This document shows positions 13,301 to 25,490 of a stretch of 64,000 nt of DNA, piece by piece (within the stretch, counting starts at the first letter, position 1; every line of letters begins with the position of its first letter). Location of the stretch: assembly GCF_030144855.1 (NCBI RefSeq), contig NC_082718.1:90334001-90398000 (forward strand), in the 5' to 3' direction. Source of the stretch: Hypanus sabinus. Taxonomy: Eukaryota. Both the position numbers and the translations under genes were made by a program. The notes under the pieces were generated by a model, which saw only the letters and a program-made list of their open reading frames with translations, made no database searches and had not been told where the DNA came from.

Positions 13301-16300
13301 AAGGCTTATGGAATTGCTTTCATTAGTCGAGGCATTGGGTTCAAATGTCAGGGGGCTGTGTTGCAACTTTATAAACTTTACCCTGTGTGAAGTTGTTTCT
13401 TAGACACTATCTGAAATGATTGGGGAATTGGAGATGGACAGTAAATATGGACCTCACCTTGCCTACAATTTTCTTTTCCAACTGTAAGGCAAATCTACAA
13501 TATTATCTTCCAAATATTCAAGGCTTGCTGGATTGAATTTTAAATTTACTAAAAAAAAGGAAAATCAATGTATGTAAAATTCCTACTTCAAACTTCTGTG
13601 TTTAAAGCAATCTGTCATGCAATATATTGGAAATAAGCAGTGTTCAAGATTTAGTTGTACAGCAGGCCAATCCTAGCAGTACTATCCCTTGGCATATGCA
13701 GGAGCATGCATTAGTGTAGTAACACAATTTATATTAGTTTACGTGTTTCTACAGTAATATTAGGCAGCTCAGGATGAGGGTATTTTGTTGGCATTTGTCA
13801 TGCAAATAATGTTGGCTGGACTGAAATGTTCAGCTTCCATCCTTCCATTGGTTTTTTCTGGTCCCTGGAATATACATTTTTACCTTTTTGCTGGCCTACC
13901 CGATGGACCAAGTGGCCTATGTGATGGGGGAGATGTGCACCCGCGCGCAAGCACTCGCTGTTTCTCACACCCTTGTCATTCTGTGATTGTTACACCGAGC
14001 TTGCGCACTTCAATATCATCCGCCGGATTTACTGAATGGTGCCTTTCCCACCACGCTTTTCACGATGTTCCATCCCCAATGGGGATGTGTAAATGGATAT
14101 ATGTTGTTTGTATACAGTATTTCAGGTAGATATTTCCATTTGTTTTGTAATATGGTTGTAGCCACTTTGTGGGGTGCATCATATTTTAATTCATATGTAG
14201 TCTTAAGTTAACTTTGGTAATTAAAGATGGTATGTCCTGGTGCCTAATAAACGGGGCTCTTCGCTCGTAGTAGGAGAGGTCGGAGTTACCAGCAGTTCAC
14301 ACTGGTCATGTACAAGTACAGAACTATTGTGTTTTCTGGTAGATAACTTTTTGTAAATATTGGCAGTTTTCTTTTCTCTATTTTTGCTAAGTTTGATTTT
14401 TGACGTACCTTTGCACTGAAGTGGTAAGCGATACGAGCCATTTTTTTCCCTTTGGTCATAACACATGTATCTAACAGCCTAAATCTGCTTCTGTGTCTTA
14501 TAGAGTGAACTACTTGTCATTTCGCCTTTCTTTTAAGGTCAAGTGTTACTTGCTCTGACAGCTAAATGCTTACAGGCAAATTCACCCTTCATTACGTTGG
14601 AAAATTGTTTTAATAGAGATTATTGCAATTTTGTCTTACTGTGCAGCTTTGTACTGGATAACATAAAGGCATTTGGAAAGAAAATGCCTAAAAGTCTGTA
14701 AACTTTTTCATATTTCCTCTGTTAAATTGCGTTCATGCCATCGTATTGAGTTATCAGCATAACAGGAAGTAACATTTGGAGATCCACTTTGCAAAATATT
14801 TGTATATCGATACAGATGTGTGTTATTTATAGACATTGTTCTCTGACAAAATCAATAATACTAACTTCTAATTCCTTTCATGAAGGTATTTAGACCCTGA
14901 TATGTATTCACTGATGCAGGACTCTTCTGATATTTGGAAGAGCAAGAAATTTAAGAAACTCACCAAAGCAATTTGTGGATTGGTAAGTATTTTTGATTGA
15001 TTAATAGAATGCTCTATTTCAGTCTGTTTAAAACAATACCAGTATTCAGTTATTATTAAATATCAACATACATTCATCTATCTTTCCACAAGTCATTTAA
15101 TTTATTTACTTATGAAAGATTATTGGGTATGGAGTTTGATATTCATACAGAAAATTAGGTTATTTGCTATTCAAAATAAGGAATGCTTGATGCAGAATGT
15201 AAACAGAAACTGATTTTACCGGCAGAAAGGACGGTATCCACAAAAGATGCAAATTTATAATCATTATGAGCATTGATTTTATGGGGCAGAGAGCATTTGA
15301 ATTCTCAGTTTTAGTGAGGATCCCTGCAAAGTGGTCTTTGTGGTCCCAGTTCGATAGTTATTTTTCCATGGGTTCTTTTATTTTGGTACGGGCATGGTGT
15401 GTGTTTTTTTTCTCTCAGCACATTGGGTGTTCAACAGTGTTTTTTAATATGGATTCTTTCGGGTTTCTTTGTTTCATGGCTGCCTGTTAAGAAACGAATC
15501 TCATAGTATAATGCATACATACTTTGATAATAAATGAACTTTGACTCTTTGCAAGTAATACTGACAGACTGATAGGAAAGTTTATGATTCAGGAAGTTTT
15601 AAACCTTAAAAAACATTATTTCTCCAGATGTTTAGCCAAAATATGTTGCATCGGTGCCTAAAATATGTGACACATATTTAGGGAATATTCTGATATGAAC
15701 ACTTTGACGATCAGATTTGATTTTTAAACTACTATTTCTCAAAAGTGCTAATGAACTTCCAACATTTCTAAAGCATTCTTTTCAAATTGTTTTTGTGTAT
15801 GCATATTTAGTGTTATAAATATTGGCTTAAATCCTGTTATTTGTAGTAAAACTGGGGGAATACAGAATTTTATAAGCTATTTGGAGGATTTGATATTAAA
15901 ATCATTTTAGTTATAATTATTAAATATCTGTGTAGGTCGATGACTACAGCATGGTTCGTTTTTTGCCATTTGACCGTTCAGATGAAGAATGTATTAGTAT
16001 AGTTTTGCAACACATTGACTTTTCCATTCAGTATGGAGAGGACTTTGAAGTCAAAGAACCAAAGGTGAGTGCAAATCTTTTCCTGTGTGGGATTTCACCA
16101 GTGACATAATAAACTCAAGAGTTTCTGTACTTCTCCATCCCCCCACCCCCACCCCCAGACGCCTTACTTCTCCTCATCTGGTTTTAGGTTCCACCTGCCA
16201 GCTTGTACTCTCACCCCCTCACCTCTTATTCTGGCTTCTGCCCCCTTCCTTTCCAGTCCTGATGAAGGGCTCAGCCCAAAACACTGACTGTTTATTCCCC

Positions 16301-17177
16301 TCCATAGATGCTGCCTGACCTGCTGAACTCCTCCAACATTTTGAATTGGCACTGCTTGCCGAGTCGCCAGTAATGGTGACGCTGAAAGTCCTTTTTTATT
16401 GCCCATCACTCAGTCTTTATCAGCCTAGTCAATGTGAGCCACAGACATTCCATAATGACTTGGTATGTAACTCAACTAAGTGATCAAATGTATTGCATTC
16501 CTCGGTTAATGCGAATACCTACCTTTGCAACCACATCAAAAAATCATTTATTGTGATTGGCTAACTTGTGAACTAATCTGTAGCTTTCAAGCCAAGTCTA
16601 TTTGTTAGACAGTGGTAGGATTGTGCTTTATCTTCTACAACTGAAAAGAGTACACAATTTCACATAAAAGAATGAGTTCTTAGAGATCTGTTGTCATGGG
16701 GTTTCTGACAACCGTGAGGCTCCAGGATGAACCACTTCCTGCAGGAGAGAAGGGAGAACAAAACAATGTTCAAATGCATTCTTTTATGCTTTTCAAATTC
16801 TATCTAAAGTGAGATAGAAACATAGAAAACCTACAGCACAATACAGGCCCTTCGGCCCACAATGCTGTGCTGAACATTTACTTACTTGATATTAAATTAT
16901 ACATTTACCTGACTCTGAACTTTCTTGTACTGTGCTTTGTTTTCCTTAGAGTTCAGAGCTAAAAGGTATTGAATGTCAAATAAAAAATCCTTGTGATAAT
17001 ATGTAACAAGTAATGAGAGAATGCCTCATTCAGTGACTAAAGAATGCATAAAGAATGAAGTTTTTCAGGGTTTACTTGCATAATTCAGTCATAAATCCTT
17101 TATTACAGGAGCAAGATGAAGAGCTTGATGCACCGAGCACAAGTCATCAGTTTTTCCAAGGCGCGACTGCTGACTGA
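4131..17177 (+). CDS. GPN3: GPN-loop GTPase 3, join(4131-4178,7148-7256,9131-9298,10063-10187,11310-11425,14886-14982,15936-16064,17109-17177), 286 aa
   Basis: Spliced translation [20 protein letters not shown]...VNLDPAAE...FGPNGGL...[13 protein letters not shown]...TKMDLL...FFQGATAD*. P-loop, GPN motif, G3 (DCPGQ) and G4 (TKMD) present. All introns GT-AG, 861 nt in frame. Confidence 0.97.
4885..5125 (-). mobile_element. tRNA-derived SINE
   Basis: Minus-strand B-box-like GGTTCAATTCC; body similar to ~19710-19900. Confidence 0.6.
5146..6644 (-). mobile_element. Degenerate Tc1/mariner transposon
   Basis: TA-flanked CAG...CTG ends with inverted repeats (ttttctgcattaattactca / tgagtaattaatgcagaaaa); minus-strand transposase remnant FWDNVLW...[20 protein letters not shown]. 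Confidence 0.85.
7148..7256 (+). CDS. GPN3: GPN3 exon 2
   Basis: tttcag|[36 protein letters not shown]|gtaagt. Confidence 0.95.
9131..9298 (+). CDS. GPN3: GPN3 exon 3
   Basis: [31 protein letters not shown]...DYILFDCPG; AG/GT borders. Confidence 0.95.
10063..10187 (+). CDS. GPN3: GPN3 exon 4
   Basis: [41 protein letters not shown]; AG/GT borders. Confidence 0.95.
10535..11125 (+). mobile_element. I-clade (Nimb-like) LINE 3' fragment with RNase H remnant
   Basis: GVPGNERAD (RNase H), [15 protein letters not shown]...CYFC, 3' motif cagtaggtgacggttatgcacc and gaaga tail. Confidence 0.65.
11310..11425 (+). CDS. GPN3: GPN3 exon 5
   Basis: [39 protein letters not shown]; AG/GT borders. Confidence 0.95.
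11955..13375 (+). mobile_element. CR1 RT fragment interrupted by a nested insertion (12043-12933)
   Basis: [19 protein letters not shown]...[10 protein letters not shown]...[18 protein letters not shown]. Confidence 0.8.
12043..12933 (+). mobile_element. Non-coding ~890-bp retroposon-like insertion
   Basis: GC-rich 5' head, T-rich body, ctgaat tail; its 3' ~150 bp recurs at ~63740-63890. Confidence 0.65.
14088..14465 (+). mobile_element. Possible LTR with adjacent internal fragment (from ~13890)
   Basis: Purine run then TGT...ACA with an internal AATAAA; no TSD confirmed. Confidence 0.3.
14886..14982 (+). CDS. GPN3: GPN3 exon 6
   Basis: [32 protein letters not shown]|gtaagt. Confidence 0.93.
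15936..16064 (+). CDS. GPN3: GPN3 exon 7
   Basis: [43 protein letters not shown]|gtgagt. Confidence 0.95.
16135..16345 (+). mobile_element. Penelope-type terminal fragment with degenerate hammerhead motif
   Basis: cagtc-CTGATGA-agggctcagccc-AAAAC-act-gactg followed by atagatgctgcctgacctgctga...; related pieces at 7590-7725, 11445-11520, 57140-57330. Confidence 0.65.
17109..17177 (+). CDS. GPN3: GPN3 exon 8 (last coding)
   Basis: ttacag|[25 protein letters not shown]. Confidence 0.88.
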   Translation, partial: EQDEELDAPSTSHQFFQGATAD

Positions 17178-18518
17178 ATTCCTGGATCTAATCAAGCATC
17201 TGGGCCCAGTTAAACATTAGGTTCATTTTATCTGGAAATCATTAATGCTGTGCCTTCCTCAAGATGCCCGATAACACACAATTTAAAACCTTGTGTGAGA
17301 ACTCAGCTTGTTTGCACTATTGTGTGAAGATTAATTCAAATCTTTCAATTTGTATTTGAAAGTGATTTTTGAACCTGCTAGATATAATTATGTGCTGGTA
17401 AATTATCCACTACTGAGTGCCCTTCCTTTTATGATACTAATAACTTTCACAAATGTTTGGAATGACAAGTGACAGACCAGTTTTAAAAGATCATGACTTA
17501 AAAGTTTGTTTGCTTGAAATTGTTGTAGAGAATCTTTATATTTTCACATTAAATTATTGCTTATCTCTGCAGGTACTTTATGAATGTCATTTTGAAATGT
17601 TGTAAAGTGAGGCCTGTCAGAAGTTGTACAGTGAACAGCAATGGTTTTTATCTTAATATATCTCATTTTGTGTGCTCCAAAATTCTTTCTGCCAAATACT
17701 GCACCATATGTAGCTTTAGTCATGTGGTTTAGCAGAGATCAGTATGATGTATGATGTCTCACACAAAGTACTCATTATGCCTGCACACAGAAACTTTAAA
17801 AAAGGGCAAAATTAATCACATTAAGATTACAACCAAATGTTTATATAACATTGAAATAACCAACAGATGTTTCTCACTTTTAGTTCTAACTTAAAGATAA
17901 TATAAAACCTGACTTTAAATAGATTGGTTTGGAATATGGAGCAAAGTTCATTAAGTGCGATGGCAGTACAGACCATGCCTAGCATAAATGAATGGGGCAA
18001 AAGACTGAAGATGATTTCCTTCTCTTGTTACTATGTTAACAATACATTCATAGCAAAGATGGATTTTGATTCTTTTTTGTATTATATGGAAATAAAAACT
18101 TAATTCTCTGTTTTCAGACTTCATGTTGCAAATATTAGCACAAAGCAACACCTGAATTTATGGTGTTTAAGTGTAAAGTGAGAAAAATTATTTCTGTTTC
18201 AACTATAAAATTGTGGGATATTAATATTCATAATTCCATATTTTGGTACAGGCTGGAGCATGTTTTTAATTAGAATTTTTTTATAGTGTTTACATATGAC
18301 TAAGGACTGTTGTTAGCTACTCCACGTAATTTTCTGAAATCCTGGCTTGATTGAAGGAAGTACCTTGAAGCACCTTATCTGTGAGATACAGTTTTAATAA
18401 TGGTTAAATATAATTTATAAAGCAGCATGGTTCTTCTGAACTCAGGCATTCAAAAGGTAGAACTATAAACTGAACAGCACTCTTAGTGTCTGTTTCAGTC
18501 TATCATCCATGTTCTATC

Positions 18519-18524
18519 AATAAA
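18519..18524 (+). terminator. Candidate GPN3 polyadenylation signal
   Basis: AATAAA at the end of ~1.3 kb without recognisable repeats after the stop codon, followed by GT-rich sequence. Confidence 0.5.
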
Positions 18525-19129
18525 GTTTATTTTGTATCATTAACCATGAAGGTTTGTGTGCTTACTCAAAAGCAATGACTCAAGCAGTGAGGATGGTGAA
18601 GAAGTTCTATGTTTACAGGGGATAAGCTCAATATTATCCTTTCTTCTCCCACTTTACCGAGAATGATATCTTTGTTTCAGTTAAATGAAGCATACTCTGG
18701 GATCATGGAATATGTTTAGAAAATATTTTAATTGCACTTGGAATGTTGATGCAATTCATATAAAGTGTGCTATAGCAGAACAAATGATCCTATCCTAAAC
18801 AGGTCAGACCAGATGGGTGCACAAATAAAAACATTAACTGGAGTATTCTGAAGACAAGAAGGTCACAAATCGTACAGTCTTGGTGGCAATATTCACAACA
18901 ATGCAGATGGAAAGACTTAATTGATCTGTGGAACCAGTTAAGTAAGCAATGAAATAGCTCTAGGGTACACAGGAGCCGTAAGTTTGTTCCTAAGGCAACC
19001 ACATTCCTTTGTGAGAAAGGTGAGAGGTCTGTAAACACAAATAGTCGATGAAGTTAACTAATAACAGGCCTGTTAAGTACAAATAACCTTTAGACCAGGG
19101 GTCAACAGTTTGGGCCCCATATCTGATTA

Positions 19130-19612
19130 GAACCTCCAGAGGATGTCCACAAGGATGATTCCGGGAATGAAGGGGTTAACATATTAGGGGCGTTTGGCGG
19201 CTTTGGGTGTGTACTCGCTGGAATTTAGAAGAACACTGGGGTGTGGGGATCTTATTGAAACCTGAATGCTGAAAGAACCAGATAGGGTGGATGTTTCCTA
19301 TGGTAGGGATATCCAAAACTAGAGGGCACAGCTTCAGAATTGAGGGACAACCCTTTAGAATAGGGGCAAAGAGGAATTTTTTCAGCCAGAGAGTAATGAA
19401 TATGTGGAATGCTCTGCCACAGATTGCGGTGGAGGCCAAGTCTGTGGGTATATTTAAGGTGGAAGTTGATTGTTTCCTGATTGGTCAGGGCATCAAAGGA
19501 TATGGCAAGAAGGCAGGTGTATGGGGTTGAGTGGGATCCGGGGTCAGCCATGATGGAATGGTGGAGCAGCCTCAATTGGCTGAATGACCTAATTCTGCTC
19601 CCATGTCTTATG
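19130..19612 (+). mobile_element. CR1-like LINE 3' end
   Basis: SKTRGHSFRI...RNFFSQRVMNMWNALP, typical CR1 ORF2 C-terminus. Confidence 0.85.
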
Positions 19613-20440
19613 GGCTCCCAATCTTTTTTACACCTTGGACCAGTAACCCAGGGGTTGACAGACTCCAGATTGGGAACCCCTGTTTTGGAGGGATGTGATG
19701 ATTGTGGGAATCTTAGTGAAATACAGCATGGAAAGAGGCCCTTCAGACTATAATCAAACATTGCTTATTTCATTAATCCTACCCTAAGTTTATTCTCCCA
19801 CATTCACCTTGTACCATCCCTCCCTTTAAACTCACACCCTCAGACTGAGAGGAAAGTGGGGCATCTAAACGAAACCCACACCATCACAGGAAGCTGCAAA
19901 TGCCAAAGGCATTGAGGTAGATCGTTGTGATTACAAGGCTTCACCCTAACGATCTGTGATATTCTGCCATTCGAGTGCTGGATACTGTCCAGGGAGAGGA
20001 CTTATCTTATTCAAGAAGAGATAGCTAAATGCCTGTAGCAATTTTCTTAACCAAGTTATTTATGATATGGAACCTTAGAACTGGAGGACAAATAGAACTA
20101 CAGATACTGTTATCTGGGTTCTCTATCCGCAGAAGCTTTTAGAACATCCCTGTGAAGTACTTGTCCCAGTGAAGGTATCTGAACACTCAAGGGTGTCTTG
20201 TTGAGTTCAGTGTTTCCATTGTGAATATGTAATTCAATGGAACCATTTGTCATTCTCAAAAATATTGAAGAAAACAGTGTTATTGTAGCTCTCTGAAATT
20301 GTATTGAATCCCTGTTATCTTTGTTCTTGAAGGTGTAAACATATATTTTGAGTGGGAGATCCTATGTAGAGTTACTTCAACAGAATGTACCCTTGTGATT
20401 AAAGGCCACTTCACCCACCAGCTTCAGCCCCCAGTGACTC

Positions 20441-21163
20441 TGTTCCGTACCCCGTAAAAAGAACCAGCAGAAATGGACACACCTGGAGTCTGAGTCTTCC
20501 ATTATAAACTCTATTTTATTAGTAACTACATGATAAAGTGATATAAAACAAGATAAGGTAAACAGATTAGCAGAGTATATGAATATAAAACTGTAAGTCA
20601 AGTTCCCAAGCTTCCCAGCTCAGGTGGTTAGGTGATAGTCTTACGGTGGTATGGTAAGTAATGTTCTGGAATTTGATTTGAGTAGAGTTGGAGAAGAGAG
20701 AGAGAGAGTGTTGGTTTGTCTTCCCAATGCCGATCCTCCACATTGTCCTCCTGCTCCCAAAATGTTAAAGTCACCAACTTGTGACCACAGAAAGAGGAAT
20801 GCTGGTTTTCCACAGTGGGGTATCAACCCAGGCCAGGGTTAGACACACCAATAGCTCCCCACTGGTCACTCCTTTGTCCACACTGTGAGAAAAACACCAC
20901 CCTTGTCGTGGGCACACAAAGCTCACCAGTGTCCTCCTTGCCTCTGGTCTCGTGTGTCTGATTAAAAGGTCAACTGACCTTGTATAAATCTCACAAGTGC
21001 AGAACACGAACTGTCCAACATAGACCTCCGCCTTTCAGTTTCCAAGGCAACTCAGACTCTCTCTCTCTCTCTCTCTGCTGCTGAATTAGCACACAAGCTG
21101 TTCGCTCCCTCTCTCTCGGTAAAGGAAGAGAGAGTTTAGAATGATCCTTCAGATCTCGTCACA
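20441..21163 (-). mobile_element. Probable solo LTR
   Basis: TGT...ACA termini; minus-strand AATAAA ~75 bp from the 3' end; flanks match over only 3 bp (ctc). Confidence 0.5.
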
Positions 21164-21610
21164 CTCAGGCACAGCAGAGGTGGTTAATTGGAGGGAATTG
21201 CATAGTTCAAGTGCCATATTCATTCTGTTAGGAGCCTAGTTCTTTGAGGCTTGGTCGGGGTCGACCATGGATGCTGCATCCCAACTGTCTACATGATATG
21301 CAAACCAGAACAGTACATGGGGAGAGTGAACTGTTATCCATACAGCAGGCTCCCCCTCTCCATGGAATGGCAGAGACCGATACAGTTTGCCATTGGCCTA
21401 GTTCTTAAACAACAAATATAGTTCAAGATCTCGAAGGTTATTCCAAAAACTCTGGTCTACATCTGCCAGAAGCACAATATTTACAGAGGCACTAGGGCCT
21501 TAAATGCCTGCAGCAATTTTCTTAAGCAAATTACTTATGACGTGGAACCTTACAACCTTTTCTACAAGCAGTAAGAGTGATCAGTGAACCATGAAAATTA
21601 GTTACATATA

Positions 21611-23193
21611 CAGTGGCATGCAAAGGTTTGGGCACACCTGGTCAAAATTTCTGTTACTGTGAATAGTTAAGTGAGTAGAAGATGAACTGATCTCCAAAAG
21701 TCAAAGTTAGAGATGAAACATTCTTTTTAACATTTTAAGCAAGATTTGTGTATTTTTGTTTTGTACAATTTTAGAGTGAAAAAAAAGAAAGGAGCACTAT
21801 GCGTAAGTTTGGGCACCCCAAGAGATTTGAGCTCTCAGACAACTTTTACCAAGGTCTCAGACCTTAATTAGCTTGTTAGGGCTATGGCTTGTTCACAGTC
21901 ATTGTTAGGAAAGGACAGGTGATGCAAATTTCAAAGCTTTATAAATACCCTGACTCCTCAAACCTTGTCCCAACAATCAGCAGCCCTAAGCTCCTCTAAG
22001 CAGCTGCCTAGCACTCTGAAAATTAAAATGAATGATGCCCACAAAGCAGAAGGCTATAAGAAGACAGCAAAGTGTTTTCAGGTAGCCGTTTCCTCAGTTC
22101 GTAATGTAATTAAGAAATGGCAGTTAACAGGAACACCAAGAAAACTTCCCCAGAGAATTGCTCGTAGGATTGCTAGAAAGGCAAATCAAAACCTCTGACT
22201 GACTGCAAAAGACCTTCAAGAAGATTTAGCAGACTCTGGAGTGGTGGTGCACTGTTCTGCTGAGCAGTGACATCTGCACAAATATGACCTTCCTGGAAGA
22301 GTCATCAGAAGCAAACCTTTCCTCGATCCTCACCACAAAATTCAGCATCAGAAGTTTGCAAAGGAACATCTAAACAAGCCTGACGCATTTTGGAAACAAG
22401 TCCTGTGGACTGATGAAGTTAAAATAGAACTTCTTGGCTACAATGAGCAAAGGTATGTTTGGAGAAAAAAGGATGCAGAATTTCATGGAAAGAACACCTC
22501 TCCAACTGTTAAGCACGGGGGTGGATCGATCATACTTTGGGCTTGTGTTGCAGCCAATGACACGGGGAACATTTCACTGGTAGAGGGAAGAATGAATTAA
22601 ATTAAATACCAGCAAATTCTGGCAGCAAACATCACACTGTCTGTAAAAAAAAGCTGAAGGTGAAAAGAGGATGGTTTCTACAACAGGATAATAATCCTAA
22701 ACACACCTCAAAATCCACAATGGACTACCTCAAGAGGTGCAAGCTGAAGGTTTTGCCATGGCCCTCACAGTCTCCTGACCTAAACATCATCGAAAATCTG
22801 TGGATGGACCTCAAAAGAGTAGTACATGCAAGATGGCCCAAGAATATCACAGAACTAGAAGCCTTTTGCAAGGAAGAATGGGTGAAAATCCCCCAAACAA
22901 GAATTGAAAGACTCTTAGCTGGCTATAGAAAGATTTACAAGCCATGATACTTGCCAAAGGGGGTGTTACTGACCATGCGGGGTGCCCAAACTTCTGCTTC
23001 GGGCCCTTTTCCTTTTTTGTTAATTTTGAAACTGTGAAAGATGGAAATAAAAAAGTAATCTTGCTTAAAACATTAAAGAAATGTGTCATCTTTAACTTTA
23101 TGTCTTTTGGGAATCAAGTCATCTTTTACTCGCTTAGCTATTAATAGTAACACAAATTTTGACCAGGGGTGCCCAAACTTTTGCATGGCACTG
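21611..23193 (+). mobile_element. Full-length Tc1 (DD34E) transposon with IR/DR ends, inactivated
   Basis: TA|CAGTGGCATGCAAAGGTTTGGGCAC...GTGCCCAAACTTTTGCATGGCACTG|TA; ~200-bp inverted ends; WTDE, QQDN, SPDLNIIE with 34 aa between D and E; stops and frameshifts. Confidence 0.95.
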
Positions 23194-23377
23194 TAAAACA
23201 AGTGCACAGCGGGTCAAGCAGCATCTGTGGAGCGAGAAAGAGGCAACGTTTCACAGTGAAGACCTTGTGTAAGAACTGAATGTGAAGTCATTGTGGATAA
23301 CCTGCACAGTATTATCTGTGCACTTCATATAAAATGCACACAACACTCCCAACCATTACAAACTGATCTGTGCAAGT

Positions 23378-25337
23378 CAGGGGCATATCTACGGAAAATA
23401 GCGCCTGTCAAGCACTGAAATTGTGCCCCTGTCCAAACATCTGACACCCATCTTTTAGATAACTTTACCATATCAGCTCAAAAATACAAGTCAAGCTTGT
23501 TAATCTTTTAATTAACAAATTATGGTACTACATGATTTTCCCAGTGCTGTGTTGCACGAGAGAAAAACACGTAGGGAGCTTCGAGGATTCCAAAAATGTG
23601 ACCATCATTGTATCCTGCTTGGCTGCATGTACACCCACCAAGTTGAGTGAGTGATTGTTGCAATTCACAAACACTGCCAGGTTGTTTTTCTCACTTATTC
23701 TTTGATGAACACCACTTCTGTGTCCAGCCATCACAGCAGCATTGTCAAAGCACTGTGACCGACAATCTTGTAGCTCCATTTCGTCCTTCTCTAGCTGTTT
23801 CAAGATGTCTTCAACCAAGCTCTCAGCATCCTTCTGGCTTATCTGGATAAAACCAAGGAAGGACTCTCTAACACGGACTGTTTTCCTCTCAAAATCAACT
23901 TCCACATACCTCACTACTTCTGACATCTGCTCACGGTGTGTCTGATCAGGAGTCGAGTCAAACATAAGATCATAGTACTTGGCTTTACAAATGCTTCTCA
24001 GTAAACTCTGGCGAACAGTGGATGCCATCACATGGATGGATTCGTTCTGGACACCCAGTGAAAGATAAGATGTGGATCCAGGATGACTTTCCAAATGAAT
24101 GAGGTGTTATGACAGGGTCAAAGATGGCCAGTAGTTTCAGTAAGCCAAGGAAATTTCCCACATTGGAGTCATCGTCTAGCTGAAGTGACTCTCTCTGTCC
24201 TCACAAAGTCAGGTTCTGAGCGACAGTCGCAAGGAATTGTATGCAGTGAAGGACTCTCATCAAGATATCATGCCACTTCTGCTTTTCCTTCTCAATCTGT
24301 TACTGAAATACCACATCATAACTCCTCTGTTTCCAGCTAAATTTCTTCCCATTTCTTTCCTGATGATTCTTGGCATTTTCAAGAACACTAATCCTTTCAG
24401 GTGCTTTCCTCTGATTGAATCCACTTTCCTGCTCCAATGAGGATTGATGGTCTAACCAGGAATAGAGAAGACAACAGATACAAAATGCAGACTTTTTAAA
24501 AGGGGAATAGACCAGCCATGAGCAAGTCACTTCCTCACCATGACCATTTCCCAATTTCCTCTTGAACCAAGTTTTCTTTAGTGAGCGGTCATTTATTGGT
24601 AGGAAAAGCCCCTCACTGTTCTGGAAATACTTCGAATCCAGCTTTATTATTTCTGTTCTCAATGCATCAGGCAGAATTGCTTTTCCAGTATCCTTGTCGC
24701 ACTTCAGAAGTCCAATGTCATGCTGTTCAATCACTTCTGGTATGACAGTTTGAGGCTCTTTGACACCATCCAGTTCACTAGGTTCAGTGTCGTCAGGTTC
24801 AATCTCGTCAGGTAAAATATCGTAAATATACTCACTATCACCACCACCGTCTTATCCTCCTGTGACATCCACGTTCTCTGTGGCAGCCTCACTTTTAATC
24901 CCATCATACTCGGATTTATCTGACTTGACTTCCTCCCCGGCTTGTGATGCATTTGTACTTGATCCACCTTCACATTCTAACAAACTTGTAGCAGGTGCAG
25001 GCAACTGCATGGAACGTGCTGAACTACTTGTTCCGGTCTTTTCAAAGGAGGGCATGAAGAACTTGCTCGATTTCTTGGCTTCCTCCGCCTCCAACCTTCG
25101 TCTCTTCCGTCCTTCAGCTCCACTTTCCTCCTCCTTCCTGAATAAACATTTCATTGTTTTCTTACACAAAGCTCTGAAATAAGCCCATCCTAGTGCTTCT
25201 CACCCATGATAATCAAAGACAGATCATACATCTGAAGAAAATTGTTTTTTTTAACTACCCGAGGACGGCTTGTCTGACTTTAATAGAAACTTCTTCGTGG
25301 CGCCCAGGGCACGTGGCATGCTTCAGATACGCCACTG
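23378..25337 (-). mobile_element. hAT (Tip100 / ZMYM1-like) transposon, frameshifted and internally deleted
   Basis: TIRs CAGGGGCATATCT / rc CAGTGGCGTATCT (11/13); minus ORFs with SGAEGRKRRR, WLVYSPFKKSAFCICC, FDSTPDQTHREQMSEVVRYV, CNNHSLNLV. Confidence 0.88.
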
Positions 25338-25484
25338 GTCCCACGCGCGGACGCGTCGTGCGTCACGTGGTAGGAATGACGGGCTCGCTCCCTGGGCGGG
25401 ACGTGCTCGTAACCGGTAGGGTGGGACTAGCGGAAGCGAGAGAGTCTGATAGAAATATTTCGTTGCTCTGTTGAAATTTCTAAA
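25338..25484 (+). promoter_or_regulatory. ARPC3 CpG-rich core promoter / 5' UTR
   Basis: CpG dense; E-box CACGTG 25364-25369, GC box GGGCGGG ~25394, ETS core CGGAAG ~25431. Confidence 0.7.
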
Positions 25485-25490
25485 ATGCCG
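25485..25490 (+). CDS. ARPC3: ARPC3 exon 1 coding part (MP)
   Basis: aaaATGCCG|gtaagt just downstream of the CpG-rich promoter. Confidence 0.88.

Noticed and set aside
23528-25169. Domesticated ZMYM1/KIAA1586-like host gene
   Set aside because: Multiple frameshifts, missing C-terminus and retained TIRs indicate a dead transposon.
23370-25345. 8-bp TSD for the hAT element
   Set aside because: Flanks gtgcaagt and gtcccacg match at only 4 of 8 positions, so no TSD is claimed.
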